58,913 bases of DNA, taken from the IMG/VR virus record IMGVR_UViG_3300017747_002695, positions 1-58,913 of that record; one strand, given 5' to 3'. Below the pieces are notes generated by a model. It did not search any database. It saw nothing but the letters and a program-made list of their open reading frames with translations, and had not been told where the DNA came from. Position 1 is the first letter of the stretch. Every line of letters begins with the position of its first letter. This DNA comes from a virus. Taxonomy: Duplodnaviria; Caudoviricetes. Of the stretch, positions 19,551 to 30,313 are shown one piece after another. The position numbers were made by a program, and so were the translations under genes.

Positions 19551-20577
19551 TCTGTTCGATCTAACAGACTATGACCCTATGGGGAATGTTACAGGTGTGG
19601 CTCCTGAAGCTGATGGTATTAGACGTGTATATATTAATTCGCCGGGGGTAGAAGATAGACCAGCTAGTTCAGGATTAGTTGATCGCATAGCTAATAAACT
19701 TTTAGGTTTAAATGGTGAAGAACGATATCAGCTATGGCCAGAAAAAGTTATAAGAGAAGGATTGGGGGCTGCTGGTGAAGCATTAGCTGGGAATACTCCA
19801 CAATGGCAAGTAGACCCTGTTACAGGTGAAGCACATACTAGCCCTCAGATGATTGAGGGTGCACAAGCAATGAGCGCGTTGGCTGGTTCTGGTGGTTTGG
19901 CTGGTGGAGCAGAAGGAGCAGCATTAAATGCTACGCCTTCTTTGCGTCCAGCATTAAAATATAAAGATAAGCTTTACAAGGGTAAAGCGGGCCAAGCTCA
20001 TCAAGACGTTATTCCTGATGCTCTGTATCCTGAATTTCAACAGATGGCTATGCGCGGCGATGATATTAGTCATTACAACTTTGGCTTTGTCAATGATAAA
20101 GGCCAATTCTTAACCCGTGAAAAGGCTTTAGAATATGGCGTTAACTCTGGCCTTATTGATCCTTCTGCTGGCAAGTATGGAGCGCTAACTAGTACGCTTC
20201 TGGCTGATAGTAGTAAGCCGGGTATGGCTATTGAAGCTACAGCAAAATCTTATCCATTAGCTAAGCCTGCTGATAGATGGGCTAACACTTTAGGCCAGAA
20301 TGATCATTTAATGCAAACTATGACGCCAGATGAATTTTTGGCTAAAGGTAGACCATTAAAAATTGATGCTGAAAGCAGAGAGACTATTGATGCTATTAAG
20401 CAGCATATTTTAGAAGGTAAACAGCTTGATCCATTAGAGCTTAAGTCCGGTGGTAAAGAGGATGGGCGACATAGAGCTATCGCAGCTAAAGAACTTGGTA
20501 TTAAAGAAGTACCAGTTTTAAATCATAGATACAAACTAACTCCTGTTTCTGGAAATCCTTTTGAGGAGAACAAGTAA
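19543..20577 (+). CDS. Putative virion/ejected protein with C-terminal ParB/Srx-like domain
   Basis: DGRHRAIAAKELGIKEVPV; overlaps portal stop. Confidence 0.5.
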   Translation: MPNLFDLTDYDPMGNVTGVAPEADGIRRVYINSPGVEDRPASSGLVDRIANKLLGLNGEERYQLWPEKVIREGLGAAGEALAGNTPQWQVDPVTGEAHTSPQMIEGAQAMSALAGSGGLAGGAEGAALNATPSLRPALKYKDKLYKGKAGQAHQDVIPDALYPEFQQMAMRGDDISHYNFGFVNDKGQFLTREKALEYGVNSGLIDPSAGKYGALTSTLLADSSKPGMAIEATAKSYPLAKPADRWANTLGQNDHLMQTMTPDEFLAKGRPLKIDAESRETIDAIKQHILEGKQLDPLELKSGGKEDGRHRAIAAKELGIKEVPVLNHRYKLTPVSGNPFEENK

Positions 20578-20702
20578 TGCCACTTAAGAAATCAAAATCA
20601 AAGAAAGCATTTAAGGCAAATATTAAAGCTGAAGTAAAAGCTGGCAAGCCTGTAAAACAAGCTGTAGCAATAGCGTATTCTGTAAAAAGGAAAGCAAAAT
20701 GA
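20577..20702 (+). CDS. Small basic protein
   Basis: MPLKKSKSKKAFKANIKAEVKAGKPVKQAVAIAYSVKRKAK; below ORF-track cutoff, GAGGAG RBS. Confidence 0.7.
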   Translation: MPLKKSKSKKAFKANIKAEVKAGKPVKQAVAIAYSVKRKAK

Positions 20703-20848
20703 AAAAGTTTGAAGGCTCAAAAATTGATAAAGCTAAGGATAAAAAGGCTGCTAAAAAATTAAAAATGCCAGTTAGTAGATACGAAGGAAGTCCTGCTGAT
20801 AATAAAGCTGATAAAGCTGGTCAGAAGAAACTTAATAAGAGGAAGTAA
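20699..20848 (+). CDS. Small Lys-rich protein
   Basis: MKKFEGSKIDKAKDKKAAKK...YEGSPADNKADK; overlapping start and stop codons. Confidence 0.6.
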   Translation: MKKFEGSKIDKAKDKKAAKKLKMPVSRYEGSPADNKADKAGQKKLNKRK

Positions 20849-21727
20849 TGACTAAAAAATTTAAACTAGTCGAACCTCATACAATTCTTATTGAGCAGAC
20901 TGCTGGCAGATTTGCAGCTACTTGGTTTGAAGCTGCTAGAAGCTCTGGCATGAAACTAGTTATGCTTCAGAAAGAAAAAATCAATTTGATGAAGTATAAA
21001 AATGATCCACGCAAATTTGCGCGTGCTCATTTGGAGAAATTTATTCCTGCTGCTGTTCATGCATTGATTGAAATCTTGAGCAAAGATACTACTCCTGAAC
21101 CAATGAAAGAAGTTATATATCAGGCTATTCAGGAGCGTGTTAATGATGATCAAGTCAACTCTATGGGTAAGCAAGCTGGTTTAGTTGAGTTTGAAAATAC
21201 ACCATTATACAAACCAGATAACGAGCTACCTAAACCTGTTATAATCAATACTCCTAAAATTGATTTTGATTTTGATAGTAAAAGGACCATTTGATATGGC
21301 TAAAAAGATCATGCCTGTTGAAAAATTAAAGGCTTCAACTACTCCTCAGAAAACTATTGCTAAAGCTGCCAAGAGTGAGGAAGCAGAAGAACGGCGCTAC
21401 AAAGCCAAGTATGCTTTAGAAGATATTGAGCGTGCTGAAATGCATCGTAAGGATAAAGATTTGATGCGTGAGGTCAAATCGCTTGCTAAGGAGAAGGTTA
21501 AATGCCTGACGAAAATCAAGTAGCTGAGTACATCTATTGTGGGAAGCCTTTATCGGCCTATTCTCTTTGGGATTTAGGTTTGATAGCGCAATCTTTGCTT
21601 GACGCTGAAGCTAAGCGTGAGGTAGCTAGTACGCATGAGAAGTTTAAAAATATGGATTTCCCTCCGCCAAATCCTGAATTTGTAAAATTAAAATCTGCAA
21701 TAGAAGCTGAGATTAGGAATAGGACAA

Positions 21728-22657
21728 ATGTTTAAGAAATTTATGAATGGCGCATCTTTACTAGCTATGGCGAACTTTGATGCTGATAGCGATGAGCGTG
21801 CTGCTTTACGAGCAAGTCTTGTCAAAAATAATACAGTAATAGAAAAGCCTTCTACTACTCCTGAGACTGAAGAACAAAATGAAAAAGTTGAAGGTGAGGA
21901 AAATGAAGAAGGCGATGATGAAGGAGAAGAAGATGAAGATAATGAAGAAGAAAATGTTGATGAAGAATTAACAGATGAGGAAAAAGCAGCTAAGGAAGCT
22001 GAAAAGAAAGCTGCTGAGAAAGCAGCGGCAAAACTTGCTCGTAAAAACGACAGAATGCAGCGCAGAATTGATGAAGCTACTGCTGCTGCCAAAGCCGCTA
22101 AGGATGAATTAGCTGCGTTTAAAGCTGCTAATCCTAACTCAACTCTTACTGAAGAAGAAGTTGAAGCTAGAGCAGAAGCTAAAGCTGCTGAACGTCTTGC
22201 TGCTCAAAAGGTCAAAGACTTACAAACTGAATTCGACAACACTTGCGAAAGGCTTCAAAAAGAAGCTACTAAATTTGATAAAGACTTCTATGAAAAAACT
22301 GTAGATATAGCTGATCAGTTTGGTCCTATTCCTTCTTTTTTAATAGGTGTTGCTGCTGATACTGAAAATGGTGCAGAAGTACTTGCCCACATTGTAGCTG
22401 ACGATGAGTTAGCTGAAAAGATTTGGAAGCTGACACCAGCTAAGATGGCTAAGGAATTTATTTTGATATCAAATAAGCTCATAGAAGCTAAGACGCCTCC
22501 TAGGAGGCAGATTTCAAAAGTACCTGAGCCTATAACTCGTGTTACTGGTAGCCGTGTAGTTAGTACTACAATTACTGCGGCTGATACCAAACCTGAGAAT
22601 ATGGATAACTATGTGGCTAAACGTAGGGCACAGATGGCGGCTAAGGCTGGTCGATAA
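21728..22657 (+). CDS. Scaffolding protein
   Basis: Acidic N-terminus, coiled coil MQRRIDE, ISKVPEPI...MDNYVAKR; upstream of coat gene. Confidence 0.75.
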   Translation: MFKKFMNGASLLAMANFDADSDERAALRASLVKNNTVIEKPSTTPETEEQNEKVEGEENEEGDDEGEEDEDNEEENVDEELTDEEKAAKEAEKKAAEKAAAKLARKNDRMQRRIDEATAAAKAAKDELAAFKAANPNSTLTEEEVEARAEAKAAERLAAQKVKDLQTEFDNTCERLQKEATKFDKDFYEKTVDIADQFGPIPSFLIGVAADTENGAEVLAHIVADDELAEKIWKLTPAKMAKEFILISNKLIEAKTPPRRQISKVPEPITRVTGSRVVSTTITAADTKPENMDNYVAKRRAQMAAKAGR

Positions 22658-22660
22658 TCT

Positions 22661-23305
22661 ATGATTTGTATCTATGCCATCATAAACATTATTGATGATA
22701 AATGTTATGTTGGCCAAGCTTCTGATAGGGACTTTCGCTGGCGTGAGCACAGGAAGTCCCTTAGAGGTTTTTATCATCACAGCTTATTCTTACAGCGTGC
22801 TTGGGTAAAGCATGGTGAAAGTAATTTTATATTTGTAGTTTTGGAAAAGTTAGATAGTCCTGACAAATTGAATGCGCGTGAGGTTCATTGGGGTAAATTA
22901 TTAAATCCTGAATACAATGTAGCTCCTCTTGGCGGTAGCATGAAAGGCTATAAGCATACTGAAGAAGCTAGAATTAATATGAGCAAAGCTCATAAAGGGC
23001 ATAAGCATTCACCTGAAACTTTAGCATTAATGTCAGAACAACGCAAAGGTAATAAATTTGCAGTTGGTTCAAAGCGTACTAAAGAGCATATGGATGCTTT
23101 GTTAGCTAATAATAGAGGTATTCCTAAATCTGCTGAGCATAAAGCTAAGATCGCCGCTGGTAATCGTGGCAAGTTTGTATCCGATGAAACCAGAGCGCGG
23201 CAAAGTGAAGCTGCGCAAAATCGTAAGACGCCTAAGCAGAAAGAACTTGACAGGATTTGGGATTTAAATATTACTGAGAACAGTTCCTCTTGGCCGGATA
23301 TGTAG
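22661..23305 (+). CDS. GIY-YIG homing endonuclease with NUMOD3-like repeats
   Basis: CIYAI...CYVGQA...R...E...EYN; KHTEEARINMS repeats. Confidence 0.9.
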   Translation: MICIYAIINIIDDKCYVGQASDRDFRWREHRKSLRGFYHHSLFLQRAWVKHGESNFIFVVLEKLDSPDKLNAREVHWGKLLNPEYNVAPLGGSMKGYKHTEEARINMSKAHKGHKHSPETLALMSEQRKGNKFAVGSKRTKEHMDALLANNRGIPKSAEHKAKIAAGNRGKFVSDETRARQSEAAQNRKTPKQKELDRIWDLNITENSSSWPDM

Positions 23306-23447
23306 ACCATTGTTTCTAGCCTAAAGCCTCTCTGTCGGCTTAAAGACCCTGATTAGCTTGTTTAAATTTGCAGAACTCAAGCAACTGCTAAATTCATAAC
23401 ATTTTAATCATTCGGGCCAATGCCCACATAGAAGGATACAATTAATT

Positions 23448-24695
23448 ATGGCTGGAAATTCCTACCTCACGATAGATATGATTACGGCCGAGGCCGTAAT
23501 GCTTTTTAAGAACAGCAACCTGTTCATCATGAACATGGATACTCAATACGATAGCCAATTTGCTGTCGATGGCGCTAAGATCGGTGATACGCTTCGCATC
23601 CGTTTGCCTTCTGATTTCGTTGTGACTGATGGCCCTGCTATGCAGTTGCAAGACAATACTCAACAATATACTTCTCTGACTGTTTCCAGTCAGAAGAATG
23701 TTGCTACTCCTTATAGCACCGCAGAACGTACTATGAGCATTGACAATTATTCTGAATTAGTCATGGCTCCTATGGTTAATGCTCTTTGCGGTAAAGTTGC
23801 ATCCACCATTATGAAGGGTTCCGAAGGTGGTGTTTGTAATCTGATTGCAAACTTTGATGGCGGTGGTGCTATCATCTCCCCGACTATGGATCAGTTTACT
23901 GGTGCTAACGCTGTGCTTGATGATCAGGGCGCAACCATGATGGACCGCCGTTGTGTTCAAGACCCTACCTCTGATGCTCGCACTGTTAGCTCGCTGGCTG
24001 GCCTGCTTAATCCTGCTACTGAAATCTCTGCACAGTTTCGCAGTGGTATGATGAAGTCTGGCTTAGGCTTTGATCGTTTCTTCCGTGATCAGACTGTTAT
24101 TAAACATACTACTGGTACATTCAGCGCTGGCGGTACTGTTAATGGTGGTGGCCAAACTACCGGAACCAATGGCGGCAATATTCTTGTTAATGCTATCACT
24201 AACACGCTTCGTAAGGGAGATATCGTTACTTTTGATGGTGTCAATGCTGTCAATCGTGTTACCAAGGATACACTTGGTACTCTGCGCCAGTTCGTTGTGA
24301 CTGCTGACGTTGCTACTGGCGCTACCAACATTCCGATTTATCCGGCAATGATTGGTCCTGTTGGTGGTGTGGCTGGTGGTGCTGATCAGCAATATCAGAC
24401 TGTTGACGCTCTGCCCATTAATGGCGCTCAGATGCGTCTTGTAACTCCTGCTGGCTCTGTGTATCGCAAATCTCTTGCCTACACTCAGAAGGCCGTTACA
24501 ATGGCTTCTGCTGACCTTGTGATGCCTAAGAAGGCTGTCGAGGAAGCGGCGCGCACTAGCTATGATGGCGTGTCCATGCGTATGCTGACTGACTATCTGC
24601 CGCTGACGGATCAGTTAGCTACTCGATTGGATGTTTTGTTTGGTTTTAAGTACATTCGTCCTGAGTGGCTTTGTGTGATTGCGGATCGCGTGTAA
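23448..24695 (+). CDS. Major capsid protein, P22 gp5-like
   Basis: GAKIGDTLRIRLP, LRKGDIVTFDGVNAVN, RLDVLFGFKYIRPEW. Confidence 0.92.
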   Translation: MAGNSYLTIDMITAEAVMLFKNSNLFIMNMDTQYDSQFAVDGAKIGDTLRIRLPSDFVVTDGPAMQLQDNTQQYTSLTVSSQKNVATPYSTAERTMSIDNYSELVMAPMVNALCGKVASTIMKGSEGGVCNLIANFDGGGAIISPTMDQFTGANAVLDDQGATMMDRRCVQDPTSDARTVSSLAGLLNPATEISAQFRSGMMKSGLGFDRFFRDQTVIKHTTGTFSAGGTVNGGGQTTGTNGGNILVNAITNTLRKGDIVTFDGVNAVNRVTKDTLGTLRQFVVTADVATGATNIPIYPAMIGPVGGVAGGADQQYQTVDALPINGAQMRLVTPAGSVYRKSLAYTQKAVTMASADLVMPKKAVEEAARTSYDGVSMRMLTDYLPLTDQLATRLDVLFGFKYIRPEWLCVIADRV

Positions 24696-24703
24696 TTGAA
24701 AAC

Positions 24704-24735
24704 TATTGTGGGCAGCTTTTACACTGCCCACAATA
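24704..24735. terminator. Bidirectional terminator after capsid gene
   Basis: TATTGTGGGCAG/CTGCCCACAATA 12-bp stem. Confidence 0.65.
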
Positions 24736-24741
24736 TTATTG

Positions 24742-24882
24742 TTAATAATTCTTCCAAATCCAATTTTCAGCATCATTCTTAGTCATAATGCCAAAGACTA
24801 CACATTGATTGCCAAGATAAACATGAATGTTACCAAAGCTACCAGCAATCTTGAACGTCTTACCGTTGCGCTTGATGAACAT
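24742..24882 (-). CDS. Small antisense gene (46 aa) inside late operon
   Basis: GGAG RBS, ATG 24882, own promoter motif at 24939-24918. Confidence 0.6.
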   Translation of the reverse strand: MFIKRNGKTFKIAGSFGNIHVYLGNQCVVFGIMTKNDAENWIWKNY

Positions 24883-25378
24883 TTGATTTGCTCCATCAGT
24901 TGATTTCAATACCCTACACGTCATATAAAACTAAGTCAACACCTAATTCAATCAACAATAGGAAATAAAAATGGCTATCACTGCTTTTCCCGGTCCACCT
25001 GATCTTATTGTACCTTTTGAGCAAATGGTAACTGATGGGATTAATATCAATGTCAACCCTTGGACTGTAGAAAATCCTCATCCGGGTTTTGGCAAAGACC
25101 CTAATATTCTGAATGAATACGGCCACACTGAATACCCAATGTGGGTTGATAATCCGAATGGTTCGCTAGATGCTAGCGGTAAGCCCAATCGTATTATTGT
25201 GGGTAGCAAGGAAGAATACGAGGCCCTGCAACCTAAGGCTCCACCAGCATGGCCAAAGTAACAAAAGAGCAGGAAGAAGAATTTAAACGTCGTTTTAAAC
25301 GTACAGACGATATTAAATTTAAAGAATTGCTAAAAGATAAATTAAAAGCCTTCCTCAAAGCAACGGATGATAAATGCG

Positions 25379-26410
25379 ATGGCGACGGCTAGAGAATTTA
25401 TTGAATTGTGCCTTAGAGAAACTGGTGTTACTGGTGTAGGACAAACGCCACTTGATCAAGACATTAATGACGCCTTCACTATTTTAAATCGTATGTTGGC
25501 GCAGTGGCAAAAGAAGCGTTGGCTTGTCCCTAATCTTATTGATGTAGCAGCTTTAGGGAATGGCCAGCGCTCTAATCCTATTGGTCCCGGCGCGTATTAT
25601 AATGCTGCGCGTCCTGATAAAATTCAAGCTGCCTATTTTAAACAGCTAGCCCCGGGTGGTGGTTTTAGCGATGGTTTTAGCAGCGGTTTTGATATTAATG
25701 GGCAATCTAATAATGTTAGCTATCCTTTAAGGCCAATATGGAGCTATGAGGACTATGCTAATAAAATTCAATTAAAAAATTTAACCACATGGCCTACGTA
25801 TTTTTTCTATGATGCTGCTTTTCCTTATGGGAACGTTTTTATATGGCCTATACCTACAAGTCAGTACGAAATTCATCTAATATTAAAAGGACCAATAGGC
25901 TTCACTGTTGAATTAAAAACTGGGTCTATTACTTCTCAAGGCTTTGGTTATACTGATGGAGTTTACCAAGCTATACCATTTATTAATGTTAGTAGTTTTG
26001 GCTCTGGAGGCTCAGCCAATATTACTATTGTTGGCGGGGCTATCACTAATGTTGAAATTCAAAATCCCGGCGATGGATATAAAATTAGTGATGTTCTTAG
26101 CTTAGACAATACTTTAATTGGCGTAGCTGGCCAAGGATTTATTTGGACCGTCACTAATGTTCAATCATCTTTAGATGCTGAATTTAATATGCCTCCTGAA
26201 TATGAAGAAGCTATCCACTACAATCTTTGTATTCGTCTTACTGCACACTATCAATACGATCCTAATCCAGTGCATGGAAAACTTGCATTTATCGCACTAA
26301 ATACTATTAAAGTTTCTAATACTCAAATATCTCAATTGCAGATGCCTTCTAGTTTACGTTTTGGCGGCAATGGTGGCTTTTATATATTTAATGCGGACCA
26401 AAACCAATGA
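25379..26410 (+). CDS. Head-tail adaptor, P22 gp4-like, with inserted beta domain
   Basis: MATAREFI..L...GV...GQ...D..DAF..LN.ML.QW; [12 protein letters not shown]. Confidence 0.75.
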   Translation: MATAREFIELCLRETGVTGVGQTPLDQDINDAFTILNRMLAQWQKKRWLVPNLIDVAALGNGQRSNPIGPGAYYNAARPDKIQAAYFKQLAPGGGFSDGFSSGFDINGQSNNVSYPLRPIWSYEDYANKIQLKNLTTWPTYFFYDAAFPYGNVFIWPIPTSQYEIHLILKGPIGFTVELKTGSITSQGFGYTDGVYQAIPFINVSSFGSGGSANITIVGGAITNVEIQNPGDGYKISDVLSLDNTLIGVAGQGFIWTVTNVQSSLDAEFNMPPEYEEAIHYNLCIRLTAHYQYDPNPVHGKLAFIALNTIKVSNTQISQLQMPSSLRFGGNGGFYIFNADQNQ

Positions 26411-28116
26411 AATATCTTTTAGTGTTGCTTCTATTATTTGTGGGAACTCAAGCAAATGCGGCTTGTACAACTCCATGCTCTCAGTCTCAATTGTTGATTG
26501 ATATTAATACTAATTGGGCAGATAATAATAATAATAAGATTACACCAACGTTATTACGTTCACCTGTTATAGAAATTGTAAATACTTATTTTGCATTATT
26601 AGCTCAGTTTCAAATTCCTTTAAATACTATCCCTGTTGGTAGAGGGGTTGGTGTTAATGGATTTGATAGCGCTACTATAGCTTCTCCATTAGTATTGAAT
26701 AGTGGAATTCTTAGCTGCCCTACTTGTGGAGCTGGAAGCGGCTCTGTCACTAATGTGTCTGTAGTTGCAGCTAATGGCTTTTCCGGTACAGTTGCTACAG
26801 CAACTACTACTCCAGTCATAACATTGAATACTACTGTTACAGGTTTGACTAAAGGTAATGGCAGTTCCTTATCTGCTGCTGTTGCTGGCACTGATTACCA
26901 AGCTCCTATATCGCTTACTACCACTGGTACTAGTGGTAATGCTACGTTTGTGAGCAATACTTTAAATATCCCACAATATTCCACTGCCCCGGGTGGAAGT
27001 ATAACCCAACTTCAGTATAATAACGGAGGAGTATTTGGCGGTATTACAGGAGCTACTACTAATGGAACAGCTTTAACTTTAGTGGCTCCTATTCTTGGTA
27101 CTCCAGCTAGCGGCAATCTTATTAATACTACTGGCTTTCCTATTGCTAATCTAGATGGTGCTGGTACTAGCGTGTTAGCTGCTTTAGCTATTAATGTTGG
27201 TTCTGCTGGTGCACCTGTTCTATTTAATGGCGCTGGTGGTACTCCATCTTCTATGATAGGAACTAATATAACTGGCACTGCTGCTGGATTAACAGCAGGT
27301 ACAGCTAATGCAGTTGCTGTAGGTAATATATCTGGAGCAGGTTCTGGTTGTATTACTTGGCTTACTACTCCAACTTCTGCTAATCTTCGTGGATGTTTGA
27401 CCGATGAAGTTGGTACAGGAGCAGCTTATTTTGTTGGTGGAGCATTAGATACTCCAGCATCAGGGACAGCTACAAATTTAACAGGACTTCCTTTATCTAC
27501 TGGAGTAACAGGAAATCTTCCTGTTACCAATTTAAATTCTGGTATTAGTGCTAGTTCATCTACATTTTGGCGTGGAGATGGTACATGGGCAACCCCTGCT
27601 GGTGGCGGTACAGTTACTAGTGTTACTTGCTATGGTGTAGCTATAACATCTTCTGGTACTTGCGCTACTACTGGTCAAACGCCGGGGATAGCATCTAACA
27701 CTGCTGCTACGGCTGGTAACGTAGGAGAAACAGCATCATTTACTGCTGCTGATGGTTCAATTTCTATCGTAACTTCTACTGCAAAAACCATAACTAGTGG
27801 CAGTCTTACATCTGGAGATTGGGACATAAACGGTGTAATTTGTTATAGTGGAGACGGAACAACTAATACTTCTTATTTAGGAGCTTCTATAAGCCAAACT
27901 ACCAATACAATGTCAACCACTATGGGTCAGTACAATAAGCAGACGTTGGTTAGTTTATTAACTTATTCAGTAGCTCCGGGTCGTTGGTGTATAACTGTAC
28001 CTCAATTTCAAATTTTATTAAATTCCACTACCACAGTATACTTGATAGCAGAAGCTACTTTTACTGGTGGAAATACTGTTGCTGGTGGAAATCTTTTTGC
28101 TAGAAGGCGTCGTTAG
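26407..28116 (+). CDS. Tail fibre-like protein with signal peptide
   Basis: [42 protein letters not shown] fibre motifs; [18 protein letters not shown] leader. Confidence 0.75.
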   Translation: MKYLLVLLLLFVGTQANAACTTPCSQSQLLIDINTNWADNNNNKITPTLLRSPVIEIVNTYFALLAQFQIPLNTIPVGRGVGVNGFDSATIASPLVLNSGILSCPTCGAGSGSVTNVSVVAANGFSGTVATATTTPVITLNTTVTGLTKGNGSSLSAAVAGTDYQAPISLTTTGTSGNATFVSNTLNIPQYSTAPGGSITQLQYNNGGVFGGITGATTNGTALTLVAPILGTPASGNLINTTGFPIANLDGAGTSVLAALAINVGSAGAPVLFNGAGGTPSSMIGTNITGTAAGLTAGTANAVAVGNISGAGSGCITWLTTPTSANLRGCLTDEVGTGAAYFVGGALDTPASGTATNLTGLPLSTGVTGNLPVTNLNSGISASSSTFWRGDGTWATPAGGGTVTSVTCYGVAITSSGTCATTGQTPGIASNTAATAGNVGETASFTAADGSISIVTSTAKTITSGSLTSGDWDINGVICYSGDGTTNTSYLGASISQTTNTMSTTMGQYNKQTLVSLLTYSVAPGRWCITVPQFQILLNSTTTVYLIAEATFTGGNTVAGGNLFARRRR

Positions 28117-29565
28117 ATGCGAGTTGAACTCTTAAGCTCAGCCTATGATGGCAAATCTATTATCGCTTCTGGACAGGAGCAGGTAAATCTTTATGAAGAA
28201 ATAAATGCTGATGATCCTCAAGCACCTACCAAAATAACTTATTACACTACTCCGGGTACTGAAATTTATGCTCAAAATACAGAATATATTTTCAATGCTA
28301 GAGGAGCATATCGCACTAGCATAGGAACTGCCTATTATGTAGTTTCTCAAAACGTTTACAGTGTCGGTATAGATGGCACACTTACAGTAATCGGTATTAT
28401 AGCTAATAGGCCAAGTCTAATTAAATTTAAGGATAACGGTTTAGTTGTAGTTTTAGTAGATGGGGTAAATGGCTATGTTATTGACATGGTATCAAATAAT
28501 TTTGGTCAGATAACTGATCCTAATTTTTATGGTGCTAGCTTTGTTGAGCTGCTTGATACTTTCTTTATCTTTAATCGTCCTAATACTAATCAATTCTATA
28601 TCAGTATATCTAATGCTGATTTTACCTTGCTTACTACTACTGGCGCATTTGATCCATTAGATATTGCAGCTAAGTCAGGTTTTAATGATCCTATTGTGGG
28701 CATCACTGCTGTCCATAGAGAGCTTCAATTGATAGGTAATCTAACTACTGAGATATGGATTGGCACTGGTGCTGCTGATTTTTATTTTCAACAGCAGCAG
28801 GGAGCTTTTATAAATCATGGTTGCGCCGCTCAATACTCTATAGCGGCAATGGATGTTTTAGCTTTCTTTATTATGCAAGATCAGCAAGGAAACGGAATTG
28901 TAGTTCAATTACAAGCTTATGATGTAACTGAAATATCTACTCCTAGAATAGTATCTGAATTTAAAAGTTATGTTACTTTAGAAGATGCTATAGGATTTTG
29001 TTTTCAAATTGGCGATCATCCATTTTATTGTTTAGTTTTTCCAACAGCTAGTAAAGGTTGGATGTATGATCTGACTACTAAACGTTGGAATGAATGGAAT
29101 TGGTGTGATAGCAATGGCAATCTGTTGCGTCCTAGAATTAACTGCTGCATGTTTGCATTTAATAAAATATTAGGTGGTGATTGGGAAAATGGCAAACTAT
29201 TACACTTATCTTTAGATTTATATAAGGATGAGGATCAGCCTATTGTATGGATCAGAACTTTTCCACATATGACTAATAACAACGAAAAAATAACATATAA
29301 CAGTTTTGACTTAGATATCACTGTAGGAACTATAGAGGATCAAGAAGATAATCCTTTAGTTAGCTTATCTTGGTCTAATGATAAAGGTAAAAGCTATGGA
29401 AATCCAGTCATGCAGTCTTTAGGAAAGACAGGAGACTATATAGCTGTTCCATCATGGAATAGATTAGGTCAAGCTAGAGATAGGGTTTTTAAAGTTAGTG
29501 GATCAGCTAATATGCAAATGGCTCTAAATGGCGCGTTTATTGATTTTAAAAGGTCAAAGCATTGA
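28117..29565 (+). CDS. Tail hub, P22 gp10-like
   Basis: VNLY, YTTPG, TTEIW, YD..TKRW, LSWSNDKG..YGN, WNRLGQARDRVF. Confidence 0.85.
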   Translation: MRVELLSSAYDGKSIIASGQEQVNLYEEINADDPQAPTKITYYTTPGTEIYAQNTEYIFNARGAYRTSIGTAYYVVSQNVYSVGIDGTLTVIGIIANRPSLIKFKDNGLVVVLVDGVNGYVIDMVSNNFGQITDPNFYGASFVELLDTFFIFNRPNTNQFYISISNADFTLLTTTGAFDPLDIAAKSGFNDPIVGITAVHRELQLIGNLTTEIWIGTGAADFYFQQQQGAFINHGCAAQYSIAAMDVLAFFIMQDQQGNGIVVQLQAYDVTEISTPRIVSEFKSYVTLEDAIGFCFQIGDHPFYCLVFPTASKGWMYDLTTKRWNEWNWCDSNGNLLRPRINCCMFAFNKILGGDWENGKLLHLSLDLYKDEDQPIVWIRTFPHMTNNNEKITYNSFDLDITVGTIEDQEDNPLVSLSWSNDKGKSYGNPVMQSLGKTGDYIAVPSWNRLGQARDRVFKVSGSANMQMALNGAFIDFKRSKH

Positions 29566-29867
29566 GTGTAGTACCAAACCTATTAGCTGCTTTAGTTGAT
29601 AAGATGGGAAAAGTTGTTCCACCTTGGAATAGCTTTTTTCAACAGTTTACTGCTCCTGCTAAAGCTGCTGAAACACCTATCAGTCCGTACACTCCTAATA
29701 CACAAGGTAGTATTTTTTTCATTACAGGTACGCCAGCTATAACTTTGACTAGAGGCAGTTTAGTTTTGACGCTGACTGGGCAAAAGATAATTCCTATAGC
29801 TGTTGGTGATACTATAACTTGGTCTGGTGCAACCACAGTTCATTTTTTGAGGGCATTTTCGCAATGA
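29562..29867 (+). CDS. Small tail-associated protein
   Basis: LVD..G....PW..FF start; follows gp10-like gene. Confidence 0.5.
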   Translation: MSVVPNLLAALVDKMGKVVPPWNSFFQQFTAPAKAAETPISPYTPNTQGSIFFITGTPAITLTRGSLVLTLTGQKIIPIAVGDTITWSGATTVHFLRAFSQ

Positions 29868-30313
29868 AAAATATTGTGAGCATTAATGACTATGTAGATG
29901 CAATCAGGGCTAAGACATTTGAAGCTGAAGCATTAATGAAAACTATGCCTCAAATAGAATTAAAAGTTATTCATCATTTTTCTAAAGGGGTATATGCTCG
30001 CGAGTTACATATTCCGGCTGGCGTCACCTTGACAGGGGAAATTCACAAATTTGAAAATTTAAATATTCTCTCTCAAGGAAGCATGTTAGTCTCTACTGAG
30101 AAGGGGGTCATTCGCGTTGACGCTCCTTTTACAGTCGTGTCGCCACCCGGTACTAAGCGAATTGCCCACACTTTAACTGACTGCATTTGGACTACAATTC
30201 ACGGTACTGATGAAAAAGATGTATCATTAATTAAAGATCATTTTATAGCTAGCTCTGAGCAAGAATGGTTAGAGTTTACTGGAGCTAACCAATTACAATT
30301 AGGATTATCATAA
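29864..30313 (+). CDS. Cupin-like phage protein
   Basis: HHFSKGVYARELHIPAG..LTGEIHK...SPPGTKR...WTTIH. Confidence 0.65.
   Translation: MKNIVSINDYVDAIRAKTFEAEALMKTMPQIELKVIHHFSKGVYARELHIPAGVTLTGEIHKFENLNILSQGSMLVSTEKGVIRVDAPFTVVSPPGTKRIAHTLTDCIWTTIHGTDEKDVSLIKDHFIASSEQEWLEFTGANQLQLGLS

Noticed and set aside
22661-23447. Group I intron around the GIY-YIG gene
   Set aside because: Flanking genes are complete and no intron core is recognisable
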